DNA from: Macrostomum lignano
Taxonomy: Eukaryota
Length of the DNA: 64,000 bases
Direction of reading: 5' to 3'
Assembly: GCA_002269645.1 (NCBI GenBank)
Contig: NIVC01003470.1
Span: 1-64,000 of the forward strand
Shown: one piece after another, positions 26,576-38,608 of the stretch
Layout of the letters: every line of letters begins with the position of its first letter
Numbering within the stretch: the stretch's first letter is position 1
Made by a program: the position numbers and the translations under genes
The notes under the pieces: model-generated
The model's database searches: none
The model's input: the letters and a program-made list of their open reading frames with translations, nothing else
Told to the model about the DNA's origin: nothing

Positions 26576-29203
26576 TTTTTAAAAGTGAAAAAGGAATTGG
26601 TTCTAAAGAAAATGTGCTTTTCTAATTGTTTTCCATGAACTATCTTTGCTCCTAGCTTATTAGGCGCCCCAAAGGGGGGCCGCACTAGATTGCTAGTATA
26701 TAATCTAATGATCTATTTGGCAATTAGCAATAAAGCTAAACAAATATACTAGCTATAGATAAATGGGATAAGCCCACACAGTTGTAGTAAAATAATTTAA
26801 CTAGGTCTTAAGAGTTAAGTACAATAGGCCTAAAAGTTTGACCTAACTATCTTTTAGGCAAAAAAATATAACCTACGATAACAGTTACTAGACAAAGGCA
26901 TGATAGAAATATCTACCAATGCTTAAATACAAACTTAAGAACATCTAGCTATACTTAATTCACCTACCTTTAATCTTTGATTCAAGGTCAAAAAGGGCAT
27001 CTTTCTTCATTTTGAAGCTCATATTAAGCTGAGGATTCAGCTGATGTAACATCTTAGGAGTAGGGTCTATGGCAATTTGTAAACAAGTAGGAAAAAATGA
27101 CTTGACCTAGGCCTTAATTACATTCTAGAAAATTTTTGATACATGGTCCAGTACATTTTAAGCCTACATAAAAGGAATTTATGTCTTTGTCGTATTTGTA
27201 AGGACCAGTACACTTCACGGCTTGTTTTCTTTATTTCAAGTGTTATTTCTAAGAAAGACGTCAATCAATTATTAATTTAATGTCGATAAAATCAAATTTA
27301 TTTACACAGTGCTGTCATGTAGATCGAACCAGTCCTATCATGGACATACATATTTGCGTAACACAAACTAATTCTAGTGGGCTCTGAAATGACAAAAAAT
27401 CATTACTTTTTGTTAAAATTAACACCAAAATCGATCGATTTCTCCGAATTGGTCCAGGATTCATGGATCGGGGCCGTATCTGCAGTCTCACTATTAGAGT
27501 TGTACCGTAAGTAGGCTTTATCGAACAAGTTCAATTTTCGCGGCATACAATGTATATTTGAAATTATTTAACTAATCATTCCTTTTTGTAAAAGATCTGA
27601 AATTCATTCAGTACCATGAAACATTTAATTCCCAATTTTATCCTGCACAATAGTGAAAACCCGAGAAGGCTAATTAGAGTTCGTCTGAAGGAAAAAGCTC
27701 TGCTTGGCCTTCCACTCTTTTGTGCCTGCGCGCAGTTGTAAAATTAAGGTCTCTAGGGTACTTCAACTCGAGGCGAAGGATTCCTTTGAGATTTTCCAGC
27801 CCGGCCGTGAGTGGCTGACATTCCAAAAACGAGAAAGAAAAATTCAGCACGTGCTTCAAATTTGGAGCCATCACGGAGTCATTTCTGAAGCTCGCCGAGC
27901 CAAACACAATGGTTCTCAGCGACGGCAGTAGAAGTAGTGGAACAATGCTGCAATAGTGGCGTACTGCAAGTTTGGAGAGCAGCAGCACAAGGTTGACTCA
28001 AAAATCGCATCGCAAGAGCGGTTCGACCCTGGTAAAATCCACCCAAGCCTGCAATAATACAATATTCTCAACACTACTTTGAAGTAGAAGTGAGATGTTA
28101 ACTTTTCAAATTCAGCATGCTTGAACGTACTTTAAAAAATGCGACCATTTTTAATGTACTGTAGCTATAGCTAAAGGCTAGTTCACAACGCATTCAATTA
28201 AAATCCAATACCACGGCTGCATGATGTACAAAGCCACGAAAAAGCATGTAAAATACAAGACTGGTAGTCACAAAAATGAGAATGAACGCAACGTTATTTA
28301 GTTCGGGACTAGCAATCAGTGCCCCCCGTTGGGGAGCGAACAAAAAATTGAATACAAATCTTTGAATAAACTACTTTAGCAGACCCCGGCAATTCACTTT
28401 GTAAGCCTTGACACCTCAGCTATTCCCCCGTAAGCCTTGACATCTCAGTAAATCCACAGTCAGTCTATAGATCTCACCAATACCCAACCCTAACTGTAAC
28501 CGTAACCCTAAACCAAACCCTTAAGCCTTGACATTTCAGTACTTCTCCCCAAGTCAAAGCGTTAGTTAGTTAGGGAAGACAAGAAATATTTAATTGTGTC
28601 CTTACTGTAGTACAGATTTAAGATAAAACCAGTTGCGCCTTAATGTGCGATTATAGTCAAAATGAAATACAGGAATGAAAGTAGCAAATGCCGTAAGCCG
28701 ATTTGAATCATTTTTATTCCGCTTCGCAGCATGCAACAAGTGAAAGTGATGCAGCTGAGGGCAAGCAGCAAGATTGAATTATATTAGATATTTTCATTAG
28801 CACTGTGTTAGCAAAAATGATGACAATGTTATAAATATAAATAAAAACATTATTGAATTGAGTAAGCATTAACTGTAAATGCCCAATTCTACTTACTTCG
28901 ACGATACGTACAGCAGCTGCCCTACTAATACATGTAAGACAATAGGCGAATCGAAAACTTACACCAATGAACGCATTAATAAAATGCCTGGTAGATACCA
29001 GTACAATAGTTGCAAGTTCGATTAGTTAAGGTGTATACAACAGAAAAAAGGATGAAGACTACAATATTATACATCTGAAAAATTATGATTAACAGCAGCA
29101 GACACGATATGAAATAGCTAGTTAATATGCATAATGTGGATTGATTAATTGTTTATTTCAGTTCAGTGCAAAAAAAAGGTTTTGCCGTAAAAAGGTATTA
29201 AGG

Positions 29204-29873
29204 TATTGTCGTGCAAAAATGTAATGTTTGAAAATGTTTGTTATTATGAAGGGTGTTTCTCAGATCTATTTGAATCTGACGTCGCCTGAAAGAATGCTAT
29301 ATAAGCTCTCAACTGATACCACTCTTGACTCGATTCACTTCCAGCTGTGTGAAATGTCTGAGAAAAGATAACAGATTGAACTCTTAGTTTGCGCCGGAAA
29401 GAATAATGAAGAAATCTCCAAGCTTGTTGGATGTTTAACTGTGACTGTCTGGAGAGTGAAAAAGCTGATTTCTGATGGAGAAAGCTTAGAGGCGTGTAGG
29501 ATCTGGTCAGCGAGCAAAACTTGAACTGAATGCTGTCAAGGAGCAATTTGACGACAATCCGACTGCCTCCAAAAGCAGCGTGGCCAAGCAGAACAGCGTC
29601 ATTCGGTCAACAATACATTAAGCAGTAAAAAGAGCTGGTGGAGTTTCTCTGCGACGATGTGAGCAGCCATTTCACTTCTATCTCAAACTCAGCGGGATAC
29701 ACGACTTTGAGCGAGCGAGAGCACTCCTGAACTGATTGATTGATTGATTGAACACACTCGTTAGACATTAGGTTATATTAGCGTTGTTTTAGAAAGCTAT
29801 AAGCTGAATGAATAAAAAGATAATTGCATTTCATGATAAAACTGCTTCACATTACATTTTTTGCACGACCCGG
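29204..29873 (+). mobile_element. Internally deleted Tc1/mariner-superfamily element retaining the N-terminal HTH of the transposase
   Basis: Inverted ends GTCGTGCAAAAA(A)TGTAATGT at 29208 and 29849-29873, followed by TA. Broken reading ...EEISKLVGCLTVTVWRVKKL...NPTAS...STI..AVKRAG...ERARALLN resembles the N-terminus of Tc1/maT transposases. No DDE domain. Confidence 0.65.
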
Positions 29874-30890
29874 TATGTTACAGTTGATACGACTATTTTA
29901 CACAAGGATAGACAAAAGTGCTTTTAGTTAGGAAAAGATTTTAAGTAAATACGGGTTTATGGGGTGAAAATAAAACAATTTAACCGGGGTCAATGAATAG
30001 ACACAAAAAATAAATTGGGACTAAGAAGCGTAAAAATATATTGAATGACACTATGGACACTCGTAATGTCACTCGTATTGCAATACCTAAGACAATACAA
30101 GTTAGCAGTAGTTGAGGGATAATTGTATTGGAAAAACATACTGAAAAAAACTAGAATTAATAAAGCTACGTGTGGACAAATTATTAAAACATATGTATTT
30201 TTACTGGACTTGACGGTAAACAAGAATGCCTCAATCTGATATACATTGCGAAAAATTAGCTAAATTGTTAGTTTATAGATGTCTGGAGAGATGCAAAACA
30301 TTTGCATCTACAATGCAAAATAAAGGGAATTAAAAAGAAGACGTAAACTAAGAGTAAAAATGGAGCCTGAAGCATTGGATCCAGATTTCTCTACTCCAAT
30401 CCCTTCATTTGGAGCTTCAAATGTTTAAAAGACGAGATGGCCATAATAAACGCTCTAATTATGTTTGTATGAAGGATAGAAGCGATAGCAATGTTATGTC
30501 CCCATTATGTTATCTCTCAATATGTTTGTGAACGCGTGCTTTATTCTACCTATGAACTCGTTGTACATCGATGTATATGCTTATTACCTTATTGAGATTA
30601 ATCTACCTTCTTGACGAAAAAACACTTAAAATGCTATTTTAGGCACAACGGGAGCTATTTGGCTCCAAATGAAGATTGGCGCAGATAAATAGGAACCAAA
30701 TGTTTCGGGCTCTATTTTGACTCTTACGTTTACATCCTCTTTTTGCCGACGCCACTATAGTTTCCAGCTGGCTTTCCCACTTGGGCTAAACTTGAATGAA
30801 ACAGACTCAGTTTCAAAAATGGTTCCGACTTGCAACCATATTTGGCCTTTTGCTTTTGTCAAGAGCCGGAAAAACCTTCCCAGGCGCACT

Positions 30891-31802
30891 TCAATGCGAG
30901 GCAGCTGATTTATTCGCGTGCTGGGACCCTTGCTGCTGGGAAATTGGAGTCACTGACGCATCCGACGGTGCTGCTGACTGCGCACTTGCCTCAGAAGCCG
31001 AGGTCACAGGCGCTGCGGCGGTTGGCTGTTGCTGCGATGGAGGAACCGGTGGCTGCAGTTGTGGCTGCACCTGCGACGACGAAGCATGCGGTGGCAGCAT
31101 TTGATAAGCGATAGATGACTGTGGCGGCTGCTGCTGCGGTGTGAAAACAGTCGGTGCATATGGGGGCCTCATAATTTGCGCTGGTTGCTGTTGAAAATAC
31201 GCAGAATTTTCAGGCTGCTGCTGTTGTCTAGCAGCTGCAGCAGCGGCCGCAGCAGCAGCAGCTGCTGCAGCAGTTGATGATCCAGTGACATGACCAACAG
31301 AATTTTGGGCAGCACGAGGCGGCGGTGGCTGCTGTTGCAACATAGGCTGCTGTGGTCTCTGCATCATAGCTTGTGGTTGTTGCACCATAGCCTGCTGCAT
31401 AGCGACAGCTTGCTGCGGCTGTTGCTGCATTATGGCTGCCTGTGGTTGCTGCTGAATCATCATAGCCGGCTGTGATTGTTGCTGTGGCTGCATGATCATT
31501 GGCTGAGGTGTTGGCCCTGGAGCACGTAACACAGCGCCAGGGCCTTGCATTGGTGGCTGCATAGGTGTTTGAGCTGTTTGTTCAGATGCACTATTACTGT
31601 GTGAATCAGCAATGGTAGCTAGGTATACAAGGTTTCTGTGAAGTGTCTGCTGTAGAGTAGCCATCTCGTGAGTCCGACCACGCTGCTCATACTCCAGCAT
31701 GGCATTAATTAGTTGGGCATTTTCATCTAACAGTCGCTGAATTGTAGCTGTGTTGGGCGGCGCAGCCTTCCGTGCAGAGGGTGGTGAAAATGCAAGCGAC
31801 AT
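30891..31802 (-). CDS. ss18: SS18/SS18L1-like BAF subunit (SSXT/SNH domain plus Q/P/A-rich tail), single coding exon, 303 aa
   Basis: MSLAFSPP...IQRLLDENAQLINAMLEYEQRGRTHEMATLQQTLHRNLVYLATIADS matches the SS18 N-terminal SNH domain (MSVAF...IQKMLDDN..LI...HTNLVYLATIADS). The frame is open to the stop at 30891. Confidence 0.9.
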   Translation of the reverse strand: MSLAFSPPSARKAAPPNTATIQRLLDENAQLINAMLEYEQRGRTHEMATLQQTLHRNLVYLATIADSHSNSASEQTAQTPMQPPMQGPGAVLRAPGPTPQPMIMQPQQQSQPAMMIQQQPQAAIMQQQPQQAVAMQQAMVQQPQAMMQRPQQPMLQQQPPPPRAAQNSVGHVTGSSTAAAAAAAAAAAAAARQQQQPENSAYFQQQPAQIMRPPYAPTVFTPQQQPPQSSIAYQMLPPHASSSQVQPQLQPPVPPSQQQPTAAAPVTSASEASAQSAAPSDASVTPISQQQGSQHANKSAASH

Positions 31803-33361
31803 GACTAAAAAGCTGCTAGAATGGAAAAAATGAAAGTCAATGTTTGCTTTGTTTATGGGCAAAAGAGTGACTTGGTATGGTTTGGATTCTTATTATCATG
31901 CAGATCTAGATAAAGTAATGTAATGCTTTAGAAAAAAAGGTAAAATTTGAAATCTCCATTACTTTGGCTTAAAATTCAAGCCAAAGATTAAATACTTAGT
32001 AAACATTTTCAGCATGATTTCAGGAGGAGGTTTAAGACTTCCCAAGCCCCCTATGGCTATGCTATTGACAATATCAATTACTTGTATATCTTGATAAATG
32101 GTATTTATTAATATCATTCATACAATAATATATGCTGTAATTATGTACTATAACAAATATAATACTAGGGCCTACTATTTACAAATACCTATCTACCATT
32201 GAGCAGGATAAACTACAACTAACTTTGATCTGCATTCAATTTTAATTTCAATTATTTTTTTGGAATAATGTTTAGTGTATTGTAAAATTATTTGCACATC
32301 AAACTTTATATATTTTATTCTATGGCTTGCTTTTCCTATTACCCTAATTGCAAGATAAAATAGACAGTGGCTGTCTTGATATTTAATGAGTTGCACTAGA
32401 GAGACATAATATTTTTCTTGTGTGCATCAAGAAGATAGCCTCTGTATTTATTAGACACTTGCTTGTATGGCCCATAGTGGGGGTTTTTTATCATCTTTGT
32501 GAATTACTTATAATATAATGAATTATAATAATTTTCATATCTTGCCTTAGTGGAATGCATTCCTAAAGTCCACAGAATGCAATATGCCAAAACTGAATTG
32601 GAAATCTATATGCAGGAGCAAGTTTTGTTGAATGTCCTTATTATCTATGGTATGAAATAAATATCCAATTGCCAAAATTGAATGCTGCTTGCTGAAATTA
32701 AATGTCTTTGTCAAATTGAAATGACAGTTACATAGCTAAATATAGAATGATAACATTGAATATCAGCTTATTTATATTTATAGAAATTTTATTGAATATC
32801 AAATATAAGTATATATTAAATATTTACAAAATATATGTTTTTTTAAATTGAATAGAAAAATGTATACTATTGCATTAAGGCACAAGAACTTGTTATATAA
32901 ACTAGTATATTTTTTTAGGCCTAGGACTATTTAACTTACTTACTATGGGCCAAAAATACTTCAACTAGCAGTGCATTAAGTGCAACTCAATTTTATTTTA
33001 GCAGTATAGTTGTGTCTAATTTGTGAATGAATAACTAAATTAATTAACTTATAAATTATTGGCATAAGCCATGACAAAAGCCATGACTACCAATCCCTTA
33101 CCATTGCTCTGTTGCTTAATAAAAACAAAGTTGCTTCATTCTAAATCATAACATCATTTATTTTATTGATTGATTTAACCTTTTTGGCTTTTATATAAAT
33201 AGGACCCTTTTTAGCTTAGCTTTTTTGGAATACTTAAAAATATAAAAATCACTAACAATAAAAGAAAATAATTCAACAAATGGTTTTGAAGGATAATCAA
33301 TCTTGTGACAGCCTTAATTGACCACAATCTGCTAGCATAAACAGTTAGGCATGTATATTAT

Positions 33362-33526
33362 TGTAAGAACAAGCGAAAACGAGAAATTGGCTTAAGGCGT
33401 AGACCGACTCTTGGCTGCCCAGGGCGCCAAGGCATTCACTTATATATTATCATTGTACAGCGAGCAAATGTACATAAGAGCTAGTGAACGTGTGCACACG
33501 CAATCAACTAAGCAAACCATCTTACA
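33362..33526 (-). repeat. 3' LTR of the Gypsy element
   Basis: Direct repeat of 38444-38608. On the minus strand it is preceded by the PPT GAAAGAAGGAGAG (about 33530-33542). Confidence 0.97.
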
Positions 33527-33740
33527 ATGCTCTCCTTCTTTCAAAAAAAAGTGTTCCACTCACTTTCTGCATTTTTCGTTGTGTTAAAAAAAGTTACGAG
33601 TATGAGTTCGACGAATTCTGATCGAATATTTGAACGAATAAATAGTTGAGGGAAATAAAAGTGGAAATTAAAATGGACTTAAGCAATGTCAATGTTTAAA
33701 AAAACTATCTAAGAAAATCTGCATTCAATGAGTATACACT

Positions 33741-36700
33741 TCACCAAAAAAATTCTGGCGGGGCACGGGCCCTCTCACTTCGGCGCAATACAGGCTGTTC
33801 TGGATGCTCTGGAACATCAGCAGGGGCGCCGACCGGGGCGCCGATTGGGGCGCCGACCGGAGCGCCGGCTGGGGCGCCGGCTGGGGCGCCGGCTGGGTCG
33901 CCGGCTGGGTCGCCGGCTGGGGCGCCGCGGGCGCCGACTGGGGCGCCGACTGGGGCGCCGGCTGGGGCGCCGGCTGGGACGCCGTTAAATCTCAGGTCGT
34001 CCTCGTCAGGATTGTGCAGTTGCGCCGCTGGTTGCAATTGAGGTGCTGCAGCTGGACTGGCCGTGTTGCATGGCTTCAGGCGATTGAAATGCACCACCCT
34101 TCGCCGTCGTGCATTGGCCTCGTGCTGAATGCGGTAGGTGACGTCTGAGATCTGCTTTTTAACGCGCCATGGCCCAGTCCACCATCGATGAAATTTTCGG
34201 CTCTCGCCTCGCTTCAGCGCCGGATTGTGCAGCCATACCAGATCGTTCTCGCTGAATGCCTCGCCGTGGCACCTCCTGTCGTACGCTGCCTTCTGGTGCA
34301 GTTGCGCTGCCTCCAAGTTTTGTCGCGCCCTCTCGTGCGATGTCTGCAGCCGGCTCCGCAGCTCGGCCACCCATTCACAAGGACGTTGCCTATCCGGCGC
34401 CAGACCTCCGTATGCCAAGTCCAGTGGTAGTCGCAGTTCCCGGCCGAAATGCATCGCCGAAGGTGTCTGACCAGTCGACTTGTGGACTGAAGTGCGGTAG
34501 CCAATCAGTGCAATCTGCAGATGAAGATCCCAGTCTCGCTGATTCTCGTTCACCCATGCTCGCAGCAGCTGCACCAGTGTCCGGTTCATCCGTTCGCAAC
34601 CGCCGTCTCCTTCAGGGTGGTAGCCTGTCGTCCGAGTCTTGTCGATTTTCAGCAGCCGCATCGTCTCTTGAAACAGCTGTGACTCCCAGTTCCGACCCTG
34701 GTCGGTGTGCACCGACTGCGGGACTCCAAAGCGAGCCACCCACTCGTTGACAAACGTCCGGGCTGTGGTCTCAGCGTCTTGAGACGGCAGTGGAAAGGCC
34801 TCAGTCCACTTGCTGAAGGTGTCGATGACTACCAGGATGACTGAATTTCCACGATCGGTCCTCGGCAGGCCCACCATGAAGTCCATTTCCAGTCGCTGGC
34901 CAACGCTGCCGACCGCCATGCTCTGTAGAGGTGCCCGCCTGTGCTGGCCAGAATCTTTCAGTGTCGCGCATTCGAGGCACGCAGCACACCAGTCAGTCAC
35001 ATCTGCTGTCATTCCAGGCCAGTAGAGTCGCGCCCTGATCTTTTCAATGGTCTTCTGCGGTCCGCAGTGGCTGCCGCTCGTTCCAGCATGAGCTTCGACA
35101 AAAACATCGCGCTGTAGACTCTCTGGCACCAGCAGCTGCTGACAAAAGGCGCTGCCATCTTCGGATTCCCATCGGCGGCACAGCAGTCCGTTCACCAGTG
35201 TCAGCCGCTTAAACTCGGACAGCAGTTGCCGCTGCCGATTGCTCCAGCCGTCCGTCTCTGCCTTATCCGGTGGTTGCCCATCTCGCAAGCAGTTCGCCAG
35301 CTTCTGCATGCACCGATCTCTGCCTGTGCTCGTCGAATCGCGCTGTCGTCATTGAACTCGACAGCGAGCGCAGAGCCACTGCACAGGCAAGGTCCTTTTC
35401 GACACGGTCGCCGACTAAGTGCGTCTGCATTTCCATGTTTCTCGCCCTTGCGATACTCAGTCTGGTAGTCGAATTCGCTTAGCTTATCCAGCCACCGTGC
35501 CAGCTGACCATCGGGATCTCGAAAGCGCAGAAGATGGATCAGCGAGGCGTGATCAGTACGTAGTGTGAATCTTTTTCCTAACAAGTAGCTGCGATAGTGA
35601 CCGACGAAGTGCACAATTGCCAGCAGCTCACGCCTCGTTGTGCAGTAATTTCTCTCTGCTTTGGACAGAATGCGACTGCCGTACGCCACCACCTGCGTCC
35701 TGCCACCACGGCGCTCTTGAAGAACTCCGGAGATGGCCACGCCAGAGGCATCGGTATCTAGCACGAACTCAGCGTCTTCTGCGAATGTCGGCATGATGAG
35801 GACTGGGCTGGAAGTAAGGCACTGCTTTAGGCGATTAAATGCTGCTGAGCATTCGAGAGTCCAGCTGAAGGTCACGTCCTTTTGCGTTAGCTTGTACAGC
35901 GGTTCAGCAATCTCACTGTAGTTTTTAACGAAATGACGATAGTAGCCACATAACCCCAGGAATTGTCGCACTTCTGAACGATCTTCGGGCGTTGGCCACT
36001 CCTGCACTGCTTTCACCTTGTCCGGGTCAGTGGTCACGCCATCTTTTGAGATTCGAAAGCCAAGAAATGAGATCTCCTGATAGCACAAGTGGCACTTGGT
36101 CGGCTTCAACTTCAGGTTAGCGGTTCTGAATTTCTGCAACACAAGCTCAAGACGCCGCAGATGCTCCTCGAATCCTTTCGAAAAGATGACAACGTCGTCA
36201 AGAAATGACAGGCACACTTCCCATCGGAGGCCCTTCAGAACGAGTTCCATCAGCCTTGAAAACGTGGCAGGACCATTGCACACACCTTGCGGTAGTCTCT
36301 TGTACTGGAATAATCCTTGTGGCGCAGGAAATGCTGTTTTTGCGCGACTCTCTGAGTCCAGCATCACCTGGGTGTACCCGCTAGTGAAGTCGAGCGTTGA
36401 GAACATTGTGGATCCTGCGAGAGCATCGATCAGATCGCTGGTGTGAGGCAGTGGATGACTGTCTTTGACGGTCACGGAGTTGAGCAGTCTGAAGTCGTTC
36501 ACAGCGCAAACTGCCGTCCTTCTTCTTCACCAGAATGACCGGGCTCGACCACGGAGAATAGAAAGCTCTACGATGTCGTCTCTCACCATCTGCTCGACCA
36601 TCTCTGACACAGCTCGCTGGTTCGGCGGCGACAATCTACGAGGAGGCACTCTGATAGGTTTCGCCGACCCGGTGTCAATTTTGTGGTCAAGGAGTGAAGT

Positions 36701-37647
36701 GCAGCCCAGGTCGTTTGGACTTTTCGAGAACACATCCTGGTACTGATGCAGAAGATCTTTGACACACTGAACTTGATTGGCTGTAAGATTTTTCTCATCA
36801 ATGTGCACATTTGGTACATACTCGGCGATTTGACCTTTCACTGTCTCAACTTGCATTGACAACTCTGCATCGGCACCATCTGACATCGGCTCAAAAGTCC
36901 CCAGTCTTGTTCCGGGGTAAAATGTATGCGGCTTGGTGTCCGTATTGATATAGTGAACAGCGATGAGTCCTCCTCGCAACACCGAGGCTGCGCGCTCCAC
37001 ACATGACCGTGGAGATGTCCTTCGAATTGTCAGGCTCAAAAATACCGCACTCACCATCAACAGCTGCATCTGACTCACTTGCCAATCTCGCTGGGAAGAC
37101 GATTTCGTGACCAGCGGGCACGGTTGTCCTGTCTGCTACCTCAACGGCGAATACACAGGTGCTGGCTGCCGATGACTCCATTTTTACTTGCTGACCGCAC
37201 ACAGTGAGCGTTTGGCGATTGCAGTCGATGACGCAGCCACAGTTTGCCAGGAAATCTGCACCCAGCAAAAAAATCCTTGGCCAGATTGTCGACAACTAAA
37301 ACTCTTTGTCGAACCGTTGCCACACCGAAACTTAGCTGCACTTCCTGCCAACCACAGGCAGCCAAATAGTTACCGTCTGCCAGCTTCAACTGCACCGGAG
37401 TCGTCAAAGGCAGGAGCCTCTCATTCAGCTTGCGAAACAGGGAACTTGACATCAAAGACTGGGAACACCCAGTGTCAACTAGACAGCTGGCAGGGACACA
37501 CATTGGCAGGATGCGACAGTTTACCAGCATGTTGGCACCAGTGGCTGAGCAGGACACCTCTACGACTGGTTGCGCCGGGATTCTCACTTGCGGAACGGCA
37601 CCCCGGCGGTCGCCGCTCCATCGAAGTTTCCCGACTTCTGAGTGCAA
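33741..37647 (-). pseudogene. pol: Gypsy pol (protease, RT, RNase H, integrase), split by several frameshifts
   Basis: Protease LVDTGC; RT STLDFTSGY, LPQG and FLDD; RNase H TDASG...YCTTRRELLAIV...TDH...NADALSR; integrase HHCC, DDE core (MDF, HTDQG, GGCERMN) and GPW motif. The domains are spread over five ORF-track frames. Confidence 0.93.
33822..33980. repeat. 12-bp minisatellite (GGCGCCGGCTGG-like) encoding a PAGA-repeat tail of the integrase
   Basis: About 13 units in frame in ORF 33741-35309. Confidence 0.9.
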
Positions 37648-38425
37648 AATCTTTGAACATGGCCCGGCTTACCGCACTTCCAGCATGTCACAACTCTGCG
37701 TCTGTCGCCGCTCTGACGATGATCCTGGTCCTTTGACTCCCAGCGGCTGAGCTTGTTGTACAGCTCCTTCAGGGACCGTTGAATTCCGACTGCAAAGGCT
37801 TCGGGAACCTCAGCAGCTAGAGCCGTAGCAGTGCCTCCTTGCGACTGTATCGATTCCACGAATCGCGCTGTTTCAACTGTATCAGCGAATGTCGCCTTTG
37901 GCTGCATCTGCGTCTGCATTCGCACAGCTGGGTCCCTCAATCCGGATAGAAACCGACCTTTGAGAAGCTCGTCCTTCGCTGTCACCGACGTCTCCTGCTC
38001 GGCACCTGCTTTCGTCTCCATCAGACTCGGGAACGCACGCTTTGCCGCAACGATCAGGGCATCGGAATAGTCTGCAACCGACTGACCGTCCTTTTGAGTC
38101 AGATTGAAGAACTGCGCCTGCAGCTCAGCAGAGGATGTTGATGGCCGAAATCGATTTTTCAGAGCCTTCTCAAAGTCGTCGTAGGACAGGGCAGCATCCA
38201 AATTGCTGGCCGCTTGATATGATTTGTCGTCGAGGAATGACAGCAGAGCATTCTTGCGCTGATCCACAGGAAGAGATGATGCGAAATTGTTGAATCGTGC
38301 CAGCAAAGTTCAAAGTCTTGTCCATGCTGGTATTGAGGCGGCCGCAAAAACATGTTTACAAAACTAGCTTGGGGCTGAGTCACCGCCACTGTAGGGCTCT
38401 CTGCACTGCCTTCATTTTCAGTCAT
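37584..38425 (-). pseudogene. gag: Gypsy gag with a zinc knuckle; one frameshift near 38305
   Basis: ATG at 38425 (MTENEGS...). The reading QDFEL[W]LARFNNF needs one extra base. CWKCGKPGHVQRFC is present. Confidence 0.88.
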
Positions 38426-38430
38426 AGCCG

Positions 38431-38442
38431 CCGCTGCCACCA
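38431..38442 (-). promoter_or_regulatory. Primer-binding site complementary to the tRNA-Leu 3' end
   Basis: TGGTGGCAGCGG lies 1 nt from the 5' LTR and is complementary to ...CCGCTGCCA-CCA, the 3' end of eukaryotic tRNA-Leu(AAG/TAG). Confidence 0.8.
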
Positions 38443-38443
38443 A

Positions 38444-38608
38444 TGTAAGAACAAGCGAAAACGAGAAATTGGCTTAAGGCGTAGACCGACTCTTGGCTGC
38501 CCAGGGCGCCAAGGCATTCACTTATATATTATCATTGTACAGCGAGCAAATGTACATAAGAGCTAGTGAACGTGCGCACACGCAATCAACTAAGCAAACC
38601 ATCTTACA
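38444..38608 (-). repeat. 5' LTR of the Gypsy element
   Basis: Direct repeat of 33362-33526, adjacent to the PBS. Confidence 0.97.

Larger units (their letters stand above)
33362..38608 (-). mobile_element. Full-length Ty3/Gypsy LTR retrotransposon
   Basis: Two 165-bp LTRs (TGTAAGA...TCTTACA), 164/165 identical, with a TTAT 4-bp TSD. Also a PBS, a PPT, gag with a CCHC knuckle, and pol in the order PR-RT-RH-IN. Confidence 0.98.

Noticed and set aside
27674-28030. GC-richer block considered as a possible upstream srGAP exon or small gene
   Set aside because: No similarity to the srGAP N-terminus and no phase-compatible strong donor was found.
33804-35025. Multiple overlapping ORFs antisense or out of frame to the Gypsy integrase
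   Set aside because: Shadow ORFs of GC-rich coding sequence, with no independent motifs.
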